In this document: one piece after another, positions 12,066 to 23,196 of the stretch | Numbering within the stretch: position 1 is the first letter of the stretch | Layout: every line of letters starts with the position of its first letter | Assembly: GCA_014905635.1 (NCBI GenBank) | Contig: JABVCE010000007.1 | Span: 310,001 to 374,000 of the forward strand | Length of the DNA stretch: 64,000 bases | Direction: 5' to 3' | From: Scenedesmus sp. PABB004 | Taxonomy: Eukaryota | The notes under the pieces: generated by a model | What the model saw: the letters and a program-made list of their open reading frames with translations, nothing else | Told to the model about the DNA's origin: nothing | Databases searched by the model: none | Position numbers and translations under genes: made by a program

Positions 12066-12158
12066 TAGTGACAAGGGCGCGGCGGCATCACCCAACCAAA
12101 CGCACGAGGCTCAGACGGGGCGCGCGGGCGGGCGGGAGCGGCGGCGGCGCAGGCGCGC

Positions 12159-12823
12159 GGGCGCGGCGCGGTCGCGTGTGACGCCCGACGCACGGCACGA
12201 CGGGCAGGACCCCGGCCAGGCCCTGGCGGCTGCGGTGGGAGCAAGCTGACGCCGCCCGGTTTGGGCGGCGCTGCTCTCCAGCTGACGCCAGGGTTTGGGC
12301 TGGCGGCGCCCGCCTGCAGCCGGCCGCGCCGCCGCCGCCGCCGCACACCTGCGTCCCGCCCATGCCCGCCGCGGCGCCGAGAGGGGCGCCACACAGCAGC
12401 GATGGCGCGCGCGGCCTACAGCCCGGCGTTCAGCATACCTGCGCGCCGCGCCTGAGGCGCGACCCCCGGCTCCCCGCCCCGCCGGGCTCGAGCGCAAGGG
12501 CTGCCTCGGCCGCTCGCTGGGAGGTGCGCCGCGGCGCCGTGGGGCCGCGCCGCGCCCCCGGCGCTGCCACGTTGGCCCGGCGGCTCAGGCACGGCACGTG
12601 CCGCCTCGCAGGCCGCGCCCTCTGTCGCGGCGGCGGAGTTGGGGGACGCCCCGGCGCTGCCCGCGGGCTGGCGAGGGTGAGCGGCGCTGCGGAGCTGAGG
12701 GAACGGGGCCGCGCATATGCCGGGGGGCAGGCGTTGGTCGCGCTGTGCGCCGCAGCTGCGTTGCTCTGGGCGCAGCCCGGTCGCAGCCCAGCTGGCGCGG
12801 CAAGCAGCGCCGGCGGCGGCGGC
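12159..12823 (-). repeat. ~665-bp repeat, copy 2 (inverted copy of 5651-6318)
   Basis: Reverse-complement near-identity with copy 1. Confidence 0.95.
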
Positions 12824-12888
12824 GGCTCGCGGAGCAGCGGCGCAAGCTGCGCCGCCCGCGCCCACCCCCGCGCGCCGCCGGCCGCAGG

Positions 12889-14169
12889 ATGGCGCCCACG
12901 CAGAAGATGAACATCCTCGACCTGCAGCCGTCGAGCCTGCCCGCCATCGGCGGCCACCGCGGGTGCGCGCCGCCGCGGCGCTGGCCCCGCGCCCTCCCTC
13001 GCTCCCTGCCTGCCTCTCCCTGCCTCACGCCCCCCTCTCCCCTCCCCCGTGCGCCCCCCGCGCGCAGCATGGGCGCCAACGTCATCCGCGACGGCGCGCT
13101 CGCGCCGGCGTGGCGCGAGAACACGCTGCGCAGCTTCCAGGCCGCCGCCGCGAGCGGCGCGGCGTTTGTGGAGTTTGACGTGCAGGTCACCGCCGACGGC
13201 GTGCCCGTGGTGTGGCACGACGACGTCGTCGAGTACGGCGACCCGAGCCAGCCGACGACGTGCGCGGTCGCGAGCCTGACCGCCGCCGAGTTCCAGGCCC
13301 TCGGCGCGCTCTCCGCGAGCGGCAACTGCAGCCAGCTCAGCGTCGTGCGGCGCTTCAAGCACGCGGGCGCCGCCCCCGGCGGCGGCGGCGGCGACGCCGC
13401 GCCCGCTGCGGCGCGCGCCGGGCCGGGCCGGCAGCGCTGGCGCTGCGAGGCGGACGACGCGTTCCCGACGCTCGAGCAGCTCTTTGCGACGCTGCCGGGC
13501 GGGCTGGCGTTCAACATCGAGGTCAAGCTCGCGACGCCGCCCGAGCTCGCGGCGACGCCGGCGGCCGAGATCGCGCGCATGGTGGGGCCGATCCTGGACG
13601 TCGTGTCGCGCGCGGCCGCGCCCGGCGCGCCGGCGCCGGGGCGGCAGGTCGTGTTCAGCAGCTTCGACCCCGACGTCTGCCGCGCGCTCGCGGCGGCGCA
13701 GCGCGCGCATGCGGTGCTGCTCCTCTCGACCGGCGGCCGCGACTGGCACGCCGACGCGCGGCGCATGTCGATCGCGGCCGCCGTCGACGAGGCGTCCGAC
13801 GCGGCGCTGAGCGGCGTCGTCGTCGACAGCGGCGCGCTGAAGCAGGCGCCCGAGGCGGCCGGCCTCGCGGCGCGGCGGGGGCTCAAGCTGCTGACCTACG
13901 GCCTCGAGAACGACGACCCCGGCTGGGTGCTCACGCAGCAGCGCCTCGGCGTCGCGGGCGTGATCGTGGACGACCTGTCCGGCCTCATGCGCGCGCTCGG
14001 CGCCGCGGCCGCGGGGCAGGGCGCCGCGGCCGCGGCCGCGCACGGCGGCGCGGTCGGCGCCGCGGCGGCGGCCGCGGCGGCGGGCGCCGCGCTCGGCGCG
14101 GCCGGCGCGGCCGCGGCGGCGGCGGGCATGCCCCCGCAGGGCGCGCCCGTCGTGTCGGCGGTCAGCTGA
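12889..14169 (+). CDS. Glycerophosphodiester phosphodiesterase (plant GDPD1-like)
   Basis: IGGHRG/MG...RENTLRSF...FVEFDVQVTADGVPVVWHD, FNIEVK, FSSFDPD, GVIVD; intron 12963-13067. Confidence 0.92.
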   Translation: MAPTQKMNILDLQPSSLPAIGGHRGCAPPRRWPRALPRSLPASPCLTPPSPLPRAPPARSMGANVIRDGALAPAWRENTLRSFQAAAASGAAFVEFDVQVTADGVPVVWHDDVVEYGDPSQPTTCAVASLTAAEFQALGALSASGNCSQLSVVRRFKHAGAAPGGGGGDAAPAAARAGPGRQRWRCEADDAFPTLEQLFATLPGGLAFNIEVKLATPPELAATPAAEIARMVGPILDVVSRAAAPGAPAPGRQVVFSSFDPDVCRALAAAQRAHAVLLLSTGGRDWHADARRMSIAAAVDEASDAALSGVVVDSGALKQAPEAAGLAARRGLKLLTYGLENDDPGWVLTQQRLGVAGVIVDDLSGLMRALGAAAAGQGAAAAAAHGGAVGAAAAAAAAGAALGAAGAAAAAAGMPPQGAPVVSAVS

Positions 14170-15067
14170 GCTGGCGCGCGGCGGCGGCGGCGGCTCGAGC
14201 GGGCGACGGCAGCAGCAGCAGCAGGTGGCGCGGCACAGCGGGCTCGGGGGCTTCAGCGCGGCATGCACGCGCGCACACACACGACCGCCGCGCGCGGGCC
14301 GGCCCGGACGGGACGCAGGTGTGCTCCCCGGCCGGGGCGGACGCGCGTGCGGCGGCGGGCGGCGGGGGCGGGACTGAACGCGCGCGCCGTCGAACGGAGG
14401 CGCAGGCTCGGGGCGCGCACACGGGACGGGGTGCACCTGCGCTCCTGTGGGGCGGTGGGCGGGGGAGGGGCGCCGCGCGCCACAGCACTCGGCGCCCGGC
14501 GGGCCGCGGGCCGCCGGCGCTCATTGCTGCGCAGCGGCGGCGGCTCGATGGCTGGACGGCATGAATTGCATGCCTCGTGTTCTAGGCGACGCTGCCGCAG
14601 AGGCAGGCACAGCCCCACCAGAGTGTGTGTGCGGGTCGACGGACGGCAGACGGACCCGCGGCGCGCCCGGCGGCCGCGCCGCGCTCCCTCTTGAGCGCGG
14701 CGCGGCCGGCAGGGCAGCGGCCGGCAGGGCAGCGGCGCCGGCGGGGCAGGGTCGGGGGGCCGGCAGCGGGGCGACGACGTCGACTTTTGGGGCAGGCTGC
14801 TCACACGCACTCAGGTCTGCTGCTGTACATGCTTGCCGCCGAATGGCGTTGCGTGGCTCTGGCGCACGACGCGCGGCGTAACGGCTGATGACTCCCCGGC
14901 CCGGGAGAGCGTGACCCGCAGAACGCAGACGACCGCTGGCCCGCCCACACGAGCGCAAGCACTGTCTGCACAGCCGCGGGCGAGAGCTACAGCGCTCGCC
15001 GCACCGCCGCCGCCTGCGCGCCGCCAGCCCCGCGACAGCGTCGTTCGCAGGCGGAGCCGGCTCAGAG

Positions 15068-16885
15068 ATGCGATTGCTAGCCTGCTCGCGGCGTGCGCGC
15101 CTGTCGAGCACGCCCGACAGCTGCGCGCGGCCGGCCATCGCCCAGCCCCGCGCTCGCCCGTGCGCGGGCCGCTCAGCCGCGAGGGCGGGCGCTCGAGTGA
15201 CGGCACCCGACACCGACACCGGCACGACGCGGGCCGGTCGCGCCATCTTGCTCGCGGTGTGCCGCCGCCGCTGCCGCGCGCCCGCGCCGCTGCTGCCCGC
15301 GGGCCGGTCGCGCCATCTTGCTCGCGGTGCGCCGCCGCCGCTGCCCCGCGGGCCCTCACCTCGGCGGCCTCCCCGCCCCCCAAAAAAACAAATCTCACGG
15401 CCGGCCAGGTCGACGACGGCCCCGACTCTGAGCACGCGCTCGACTGGGCGCTGACCCACCTGGCGCGGCGCGGGGACCGGCTGGAGCTGGTGCACTGCCT
15501 GCCGCCTCCGCCCGCGCCGGGGCGGCTGGCCGCCGCGCCGGGCGGGGGCCTGCTGCGCGTGCCGCGCGTCGACCCCGCGCTGCTGACCGAGAAGGCGCGC
15601 GTCCACGCCGACGGCGCGCTGCGCGACAAGCTCATGGCCCGCCTCGCCGCAGCCGGGGTGCGGCGCCGCCCGCGCCCGCGCGCGGGGAGGCGCTCGCCCG
15701 CTGCGAGCTGGCGCCGCGGCAGCGGCGCCGCGCCCGCGCCCGCGCCGGCATGAGCGCACCGCCGCCGCTGGCTCACCGCGGGGCCTGGCCGCGCAGGCCG
15801 AGGGCACCTTCACGGTCCTGCCGGCGCCGGGCGCGGGCGCGTCGGCGGGCGAGGCCAAGGCGTGCGTCGGCGCCGCGGTGTGCGACCGCGCCAAGGCGGC
15901 GTCCGCGGCGGCGGTCGTCGTCGCGTCCACGAGCCGCGGCGGGCTGCGCGAGGCGCTGCTGGGCAGCGTGGCGGCGAGCCTGGTGCACGAGTGCGCAGCG
16001 GTGCCGGTGGTCGTCCTGCACCGCCCCCAGGGCGGCGCCGGCGGCGCCGGCGGCGGCGGCGCCACCGGGGCGGACGAGGCGCGCGTGGAGTGGCTGCTGC
16101 GCGCGACGACGCAGGACCTCGCCGAGTCCACCAGCGCCGGCGGCACCGGCGACGCGGCGCAGCAGGACGCCGTGAGTGCGGCGCGGCGGCGGGGTCGCAG
16201 GCCACGCCACCGCCGCGAGCGCCGCGCGCCGACGCCGCGCCGCACGCGCCGCGCCGCCGCAGACGCGGCACCTCGTGCTCGCCGTCGACGACGGCGCCGA
16301 GGGCGCGGCGGCGCTGCGCTGGGTGCTCGCGCACCTGCACCGCCCCGGCGACCTGCTGCACCTGCTGCACGTCGTCCCCGCGCTGCCGGCCTACATGACG
16401 CCCTCGCTGGCGCCCGATGGGATGCTCTACGGCGCGCCGCTGCCGCAGGTCGAGGAGGCGCAGGTGCGGCCGGGTGCGAGGGGGGCAGGCGTGAAGGAGG
16501 GCAGGGGTGAAGGGGCAGGGGGCGAGCGTGCGCGCCCGCGCGCCGCGCGGCGAGCGCCCGCTGTCCGCGGTCCGCGCAGGCCGCCGAGGACGAGTGGCGC
16601 GCGCTGCTGCTGGAGCGGCTCGGGCCGCTGCTCGCGGCCGCGGGCGCATCGTTCCAGCTGGACGTGCTCACCGACTATGGCGCCGACCCGCTGTCCGGCG
16701 TGGGCGGCGCGGTCGTCGCGGCCGCGGAGCGCCTGCGCGCCGCCGCGCTCGTCGTCTGCGGGCACAGCCACGGCACCGCCGCCGACTGGCTGCTCGGCAG
16801 CGTGAGCGAGTGGGCCGCGCACCGGAGCGGCGTGCCGGTCGTCGTGCTGCACGGCCCGCAGCTCGAGGCGCCGCAGACCACGTGA
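15068..16885 (+). CDS. Universal stress protein with two tandem USP domains and an N-terminal extension
   Basis: RAILLA/VDDGPDSEHALDWAL...LLGSVAASLVHECAAVPVVVL and HLVLAVDDGAEGAAALRWVL...LLGSVSEWAAHRSGVPVVVL; 4 introns. Confidence 0.85.
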
Positions 16886-17320
16886 GCGAGTTGGCCGCGC
16901 AGCTCCAGGCGCCCAGTGCGTGAGCGGGGTGACAAATCGCGGCGCCGCCGCCGACCGCCGCGGCAGCTGCGCGCGCGCCGCCGCCGCGGGCCCGCACGCG
17001 CAGCGCGCGCGCGCGCGCGCCCGTGCTCACGCGGCCGCCGCCTCCACAACGAGCCCCGCCCCCCTGCTGCGGTCGGGGCTTGGTCGGGAGCGTTCCCCTC
17101 GGCCTGCCTGCGGGCGCCTCGCGTGAGGCACGGCCGCGGGGCTTGGCGACACGCAGCACCTCTGCAAAAGCCCCGTCCCCGGCTCGCCCTGCGCGCAGAC
17201 CGCCCGCCCGTCACACTCTTGGCGGTCACCTCCTGCGCGTGGGCCGCGCCGCTGGCCGGGGCGACGGCCACAGACCCCTGTCTGCAGCCAGCATCGGCCT
17301 TCGCGCTCGAACGGATCGCC

Positions 17321-20300
17321 ATGCTGGACCTCATAGACACCCAGCGCGTCGGGGCGCCCCTGGATCGCCTCGACCGCTGCGCGGCCGTGCTCGGGCGGGC
17401 CGCGCGGCGCTGCTGCGGCGCCGCGGGCCGAGGCGCGCCGCTGCAGGGCGGCCCGCACATCACCGCGGCGCTCGTGGGGACGCCCTCCAAGCCCTCCGGC
17501 CGCCTGGAGCTGCAGCTCTGGCTGGAGGCGGGCGAGGGCGCGCCGGGAGGCAGCGACGAGGCCGAGGAGAGCGCCGTGGTGCTTCCGCCCCACGTCGCGG
17601 CCGCCTACGCGCTGCAGAGCACCGACCTGCGCGCCATCAGCAAGGTGGGACCGCCCGCGGCGCCGCGGGGGCGCGCGCCGCGCCGCGCCGCGCACCCGCG
17701 GCGCGCAGCAGCGCGCGCGCGCGCCCGGCGGCGCCGCGGGGGCGCGCGCCGCGCCGCGCCGCGCACCCGCGGCGCGCAGCAGCGCGCGCGCGCGCCCGGC
17801 GGCGCGCGCGGCGCCGCCGCACGATCGCGCGCCGCGCCGCCGCCCGCGCGCGCCGCCGCCCGCGCGCGCCGCCGCCCGCGCCCACCGCGCCGCGGCGCCC
17901 GCGCGCGGCCCGGCGGCGCCGCGCGCAGAAGTACGTGGTCGCCTGCCCCGACTGCGGGCGCAGCAGCCCGCCGCTGTCGAGCCGCAAGGCGGTGCAGCAG
18001 TTTGTCGCCGACCACGTCGCCGGCGCGGGCGGCAGCGGCGGCGGCCCCGCCTGCCGCGCGCTCAGGGCGGCGGCCGACGCCGGCGCGTACGCGCGCGCCG
18101 AGGCGTTTGGCGAGCCGCCGCCGCCGCCCGCGCCGCCGGCGCCGCCCGCGGGCGACGCGGCCGACGCGGCCGCGCGCGCCGCGCGCCGCCGCCGCGCGGC
18201 GGCCGCGTCGGCCGACGCGCCGGTTGAGCCCGAGGTGCGCGCGCTCATGGCGCGGCTAATCATGCTCGTCTCACTGCACGTCGTCTCGCGCACCGACCCC
18301 GCGCCGCGCAAGCGCGCCGGCGGCGGCGGCGGCGCCGGCGCGCCGCCTCCCGGCGACGCGGCGGCGCAGCTGCAGCCCTGGCGCGACTGGGCGGTGTCGT
18401 GCCTGTCGGAGGACGTCGACCTGCTCGAGGCGGCCAACTGGGTGCGCCCGAGCCTGCGCAGCCTGTCGCTGCCGCGGCGGCCGAGCCTGCTCGAGGTGCT
18501 GCTCGCGCTGCCGTACGTCGCGATCGCCGAGCCGGGCGCGGGCAAGCGCCAGGTGCTGGAGAAGCTCGCGGTGCTGCTCGCCGGCGCGGCGCCCGGCGGC
18601 GCGCGCGGCTGCGGGCCCGCCGGCGCGGGCGCGGCGCTCGAGGCGCTGCTGTCGCGCGACGCGGTGTTTGGCAGCATGCCGCCGCACGCGCGCCTGCCCG
18701 AGTTCCTCGCGCTCGCGGGCCTCGGCAGCGTGGCCGAGGTGGCCGAGGTCATGGGCGAGCCCTTTGTCTCGCCGGACCACCTCGAGGTCTGCGCGGTGTG
18801 CGGGCTGGAGGCCAAGGCGCTCGCGCGCGGGCAGGGCCCCGGGCCGGCGGCGAAGCTGCGCGGCTGCGCGTTCTGCATCGTCTGCGTGTGCGGGCGCTGC
18901 GCGGCCGGCGGCGGCGCCGCCGACAGCGGCAGCGACGGCTCGCCCGGGCCGGGCGCGCCGCCGTGGCCGCGCGGGCTGTGCCCCTGGTGCCAGGTGCACC
19001 CGGACACCGCCGACTTTGAGCCGGGCGGCGGCAGCGCCGCAGCCGAGGGCGCCGCCGCGCGGCCCGGCGGCGGCAGCAGCAGCAACAGCCCCGTCGCGAC
19101 GTCGGACGGCCTGGGGCCCGCGGCGCCCGCCGCCGTGGCGGCGGAGAGCATGCCCTCGGCGGCCGCCGTCGCGGCGGCGGAGGCCGCGGTCGCCGCCGCG
19201 CGACAGCAGCGCCTCGCGGCGGCCAAGCCCGAGGTCAAGGCCGAGCCCGGCAGCCCCGGCGCCAGCGGCGGCACCAGCAGCGGCGGCGCGGCCAAGCCGC
19301 CGGTGGGCGCGCCCCCGGCACCGCCGCCGCACGCCGCGGGCGAGGCGGCCGCCGCGGTCGCGCGCAAGCGCAGCCGCAAGCCCGTCAAGCCGGGCGCAGC
19401 GCCGCCGCCGGCGCCGCCGGCGGCCGCGGGCGGGGCGGCGGAGGCCGCCGCCGACGCGGCGGCGGACGGCGCCGCGGAGCGCCGGCCCACGCGGCGCGCG
19501 GCGCTCAAGGCGGCGGAGAAGGTGTTCTGCTGGACCGCGGACGGCGCGCACGTGCCCGGCGGCGGCAGCTCGAGCAGCGAGAGCAGCAGCGAGAGCGGCT
19601 CCGACACCGGCAGCGATGACGAGAGCGACGGCGGCGGCGGCGCGCTGCCGCCGGAGGTGATGTTGCAGCTCATGTCGTGCGTCGCCGACGCGGCGGGCAA
19701 GGACGGCGGCGGGCGCGGCAAGCTCAAGCTGCCGGCGGGCGTCGACGCGGCGGCGCTGCAGGGCATGGGCGTGCAGAAGCTCGCCAAGCTGCTCTACGCC
19801 GGCCTGCGGCAGCAGCAGCAGCAGCAGCCCCGGCGCGGCGGCGCCAAGCCACGCGGCGGCGGCGGCCGGCCCACGAGCAGCGGCAGCAGCGACGGCGGCG
19901 CCGCCGCGGGCGACGCCGGCGGCGCCGGCGCGAGCAGCCGCGCCGCGCCGCCGCCCGCGCGCGGCGGCGGCTGGGCGGGCGAGCTGCAGCTGGCGCTGAT
20001 GGAGGAGGTGCTGCAGCTGGGCGTCGACGCGCCGCCCGCGGCGGTGCAGTCGGCGCTGCAGGCGGGCGGGCGGCGCGTGGGCAGGGCGCAGGTGGAGGAG
20101 GCGCTCGCGAGCTACCGCGCGCAGCTGGCCGACATGGCGGGCCTGCTTGGCTGCAGCGGCCTGCCGACGGGGCACGCGCTGGTGCAGCTGCAGGAGGCCG
20201 CGATCCAGCACCAGCGCGGCCTCGTGCAGCAGGCCGCGACGCGGCGCGGCGGCGCAGCCGCGCCGCCCGCCCGCGCGGCGGCGCCGCCGCCGCCGCGCGC

Positions 20301-21360
20301 GGCCGACGCCGGCGGCGGCGCCAAGCGGCGCGCGTCGCACGCGTTTGGCGACGACGACGACACCGACTGGGTCGCCCGCGCCCGCCGGCGGAGCGGCACG
20401 CGGCCCAAGGCGCCCCGGCAGAGCGGCGCGCGCCCCAGCGCCGGCGCCGGCGCGTCCGCGCAGGCGCGGCTGGGGCTGCCGCCGCCGGCGTGCGCGGGCG
20501 TGACGGTGACGCCCGAGGCGGTCGCGGCGGCCGAGGCGGCGGCCAACAGCATCGCCGCGTGCGTGATGCTGCTGCGCATGGTCCCCGGCGTCGACGCCGC
20601 GGCCAAGGACTTCCTCGGCGGCATCGAGTCGCGCTCGCGGCGCTTCGTCGCGGCGTACAAGGCGGGCGGGCTCGCCGCCGACGCGGCGGGGCTGCAGGTG
20701 CTGCTCAAGGTCGTGACCGCGCTCACGACGCTGCACGAGGACGAGTGCCGCCCGCTGCGCGGCCTCGTGGCCTGCCTCGCGCAGGACGTGCCCGAGGGCT
20801 ACGCCGTCGGCGGCGGCGTGTGCACGGGGCTCGACCTCCTGCTCGCCTGCTGGCTGCGCGAGGCCGCGGTCACGGGCGTCGGCGTCGACGCGTCGGAGGC
20901 CGCCGCCGCGGCGGGGCCGGTCGCGTCGGCGTTTGCGACCGACATGCACCCCGGGTCGCCCATCAGCCTCAACTGCTTCCTCGCCGGAATGTCCCAGCTC
21001 GCGCTCGCGTTCCTCGCCGCGGCGGCCAAGGCGCGCGAGCCCGCGCCGCCCGGCGCCGGCGACGGCGACGGCGGCGGCGGCGACGGCGAGGACGGCGGCG
21101 ACGACGGCGGGGACATGTTCCGCCGCGTGCTCGCGGTCGAGGTGCTCTCGGGCACGGCGGTGCTGATGCTGCACTGGCCCGACGGCGCGGGCTGCCACGC
21201 GGAGCGCTGCGTGCAGGCGGGGCTCTGGCGCCAGCGCTTGCTCAGCCACGGCGGCGGGCGCGAGCTGGGCGCGATGCAGGAGGGCGTGCGCGAGCAGCTG
21301 CAGGACTTTCTCATCTACCTCGCGCGCAGCGCCGGCCTCGTGCCGCCCGGCGCCGAGTGA
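17321..21360 (+). CDS. Large hypothetical protein with a PHD/ADD-like Cys-rich zinc finger; start uncertain
   Basis: Intron 17645-17928, then a 3.4-kb exon; CPDC...H and CAVC...CAFCIVCVCGRC...CPWC; basic NLS-like RKRSRK. Confidence 0.65.
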
Positions 21361-22323
21361 GGCGCGCTCGCGGCGCGCGTCGCGCGCTCGTTCGCGCGTG
21401 CTCGCTACCCGGTCGGCGCGGCGCGGCCCTGCGCATCTGTGCAGCGCGCCCGCCGCGCCGAGGCGGGCGGCGGGCTCGTTTTTTGGCGCGCGGTCCGTCG
21501 GCGGCGAGTGCGTGACTGGGCTGGCTGTGACCTGCTTTGCTGCTTCACGTTTGCGCGCGACGGCGGCGCGGGCGGGCGTCCGGGCGCGTGTATTTGCGAG
21601 AGTAACCAGCTGCCTTTAGGTTCCCCGCCGCCCGCCCGCCAGATCTTGGCGGCGGCGGCGGCCGGTTGGGTTGCGCCTCGCCGCACTCGCGCCGCCCCTG
21701 CCCCCTCCCTGCGCGCCCCAGCGCCAGGCTCACATGCCGTTCCTGATTATGAGAAGAAGGGGGGCCTAAGAAGGAGATGAAGAAGACCGAGAGCAAGCAA
21801 GCAAGCCTCGGGCGCCTGCTCGCTGTCGGGCTGCGCTGCGGCGCGCGGGGGGCCCTGGCCGCACCGGCTGCCCGGGGCCCCCTCCCGCTCGCTGGCAGGC
21901 GGCGGGCGCGCAGCGCCGGGCGCGGCAGCCAGCGCTGGCTGGCCACGGCTGCGGGCCCGCGCTGCTGCGCGCCGCCGCTCCCCTTGCGCAGGGGGCTGCT
22001 GCCGCCGACACGCCCGGGGGCCCCTCGTCGGGAGCGCGCACAACGCACGCACGCAGTGCTGGCCTAGCTGCCTGGTCCATGCTCAAGCCGCACGCGCCGC
22101 CGCCTGCCTGCCCTAAACAGCACACAGTCAGTCCACACAACACACGCCCGTGCTAGAATTAATAGGCCGCCGCCCAGCGCGCCGCCGCCCCGAGTTGACT
22201 GCACGGGGGCGCCAGCGCACGGCCCACAGGGGCCCGCGCGCGGCAGCCGCCGCGGCCGGGCTTGCGCCACGATCAGAGTGTGTCCCGTCGCCGCCCCGCC
22301 GCGCCGGCTCGGGCGCCGCTCGC

Positions 22324-23112
22324 TCACGTGCCGCGCGCCCGCTGCGGCGCGAGGCCCCAGCGCGCGATCTCGGCCGCCGCGCCGGGCGCGACGAGCAGGC
22401 GGCGCGAGGGCCGCGGCGCCCGCGCGCGCGAGAGCGCCGCGAGCAGGCGCCGCAGCGGCGCGCCCGCGCGGACCTCGCCGTCGTCGCCGGTCGGCGCGAG
22501 CGCGCTGGCGGCGGTCGCCGCGCGCTGCGGGCGCGCCGCCTCGGGCAGCGCGGCGACGTGCACGCTCATGCCGTGCCCGCGCGACACGCCGCCCAGGCGC
22601 GCGGCGGGCGCGGGGATCTGCAGCTGGTGCCGCGCCGCGCCCGCCGCGGGGGGCCTGGGCGCCGCCTCGGGCGCGTACGCGCGGCCGGAGCGAAAGTCAA
22701 AGTACGCGCCCGCGCTGCCGTAGCCGTAGCCGCCGTAGCCGCCGCCGCCGTAGCCGCCGGGCGCGGCGGCGGCGCCGTAGCTGCCCGCCGCGGCGCCGCC
22801 GTCGTCGCCGGCCGCGTCCCACGACGCCTCGGGCGGCAGCTCGGGCGGCACGATGTCGCCGCCCGGCGCGGGGCCGGCCGCGCTCAGGCGGCGCCGCGCG
22901 CCGGCGCCGAGCGGCTGCTGCAGCGGGGCCGCGAGCTGCGGCTCCAGCGGCAGGCCGCCGTAGCTGCCGTAGCCGCCGTAGCCGCCGTAGCCGTAGCCGC
23001 CGGCGCCGCCCTCGCCGTAGCCGCCCTGCGCGGCCGCGCCGCCGGCGAGCGCGGCGGCGCACGCCGCCAGCAGCGCCAGCGCCGCGGCGCGCGCGCCGCC
23101 ACGCCGCCCCAT
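22324..23112 (-). CDS. Secreted Gly/Tyr-rich (GGYG) protein
   Basis: Signal peptide ALALLAACAAALAGGAAA|Q; two GGYG clusters; RRRLS and RRLL motifs; 3' end uncertain. Confidence 0.6.
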   Translation of the reverse strand: MGRRGGARAAALALLAACAAALAGGAAAQGGYGEGGAGGYGYGGYGGYGSYGGLPLEPQLAAPLQQPLGAGARRRLSAAGPAPGGDIVPPELPPEASWDAAGDDGGAAAGSYGAAAAPGGYGGGGYGGYGYGSAGAYFDFRSGRAYAPEAAPRPPAAGAARHQLQIPAPAARLGGVSRGHGMSVHVAALPEAARPQRAATAASALAPTGDDGEVRAGAPLRRLLAALSRARAPRPSRRLLVAPGAAAEIARWGLAPQRARGT

Positions 23113-23150
23113 GGCTCTCCGGGAGGTGGCCGCCGCCTGCGCCTGCGGCC

Positions 23151-23196
<46 letters not shown>

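Noticed and set aside
5651..12823. Giant TIR (Pack-type) transposon carrying three genes
   Set aside because: No target-site duplication, no recognisable terminal motif, no transposase, and the cargo genes are intact intron-containing host genes
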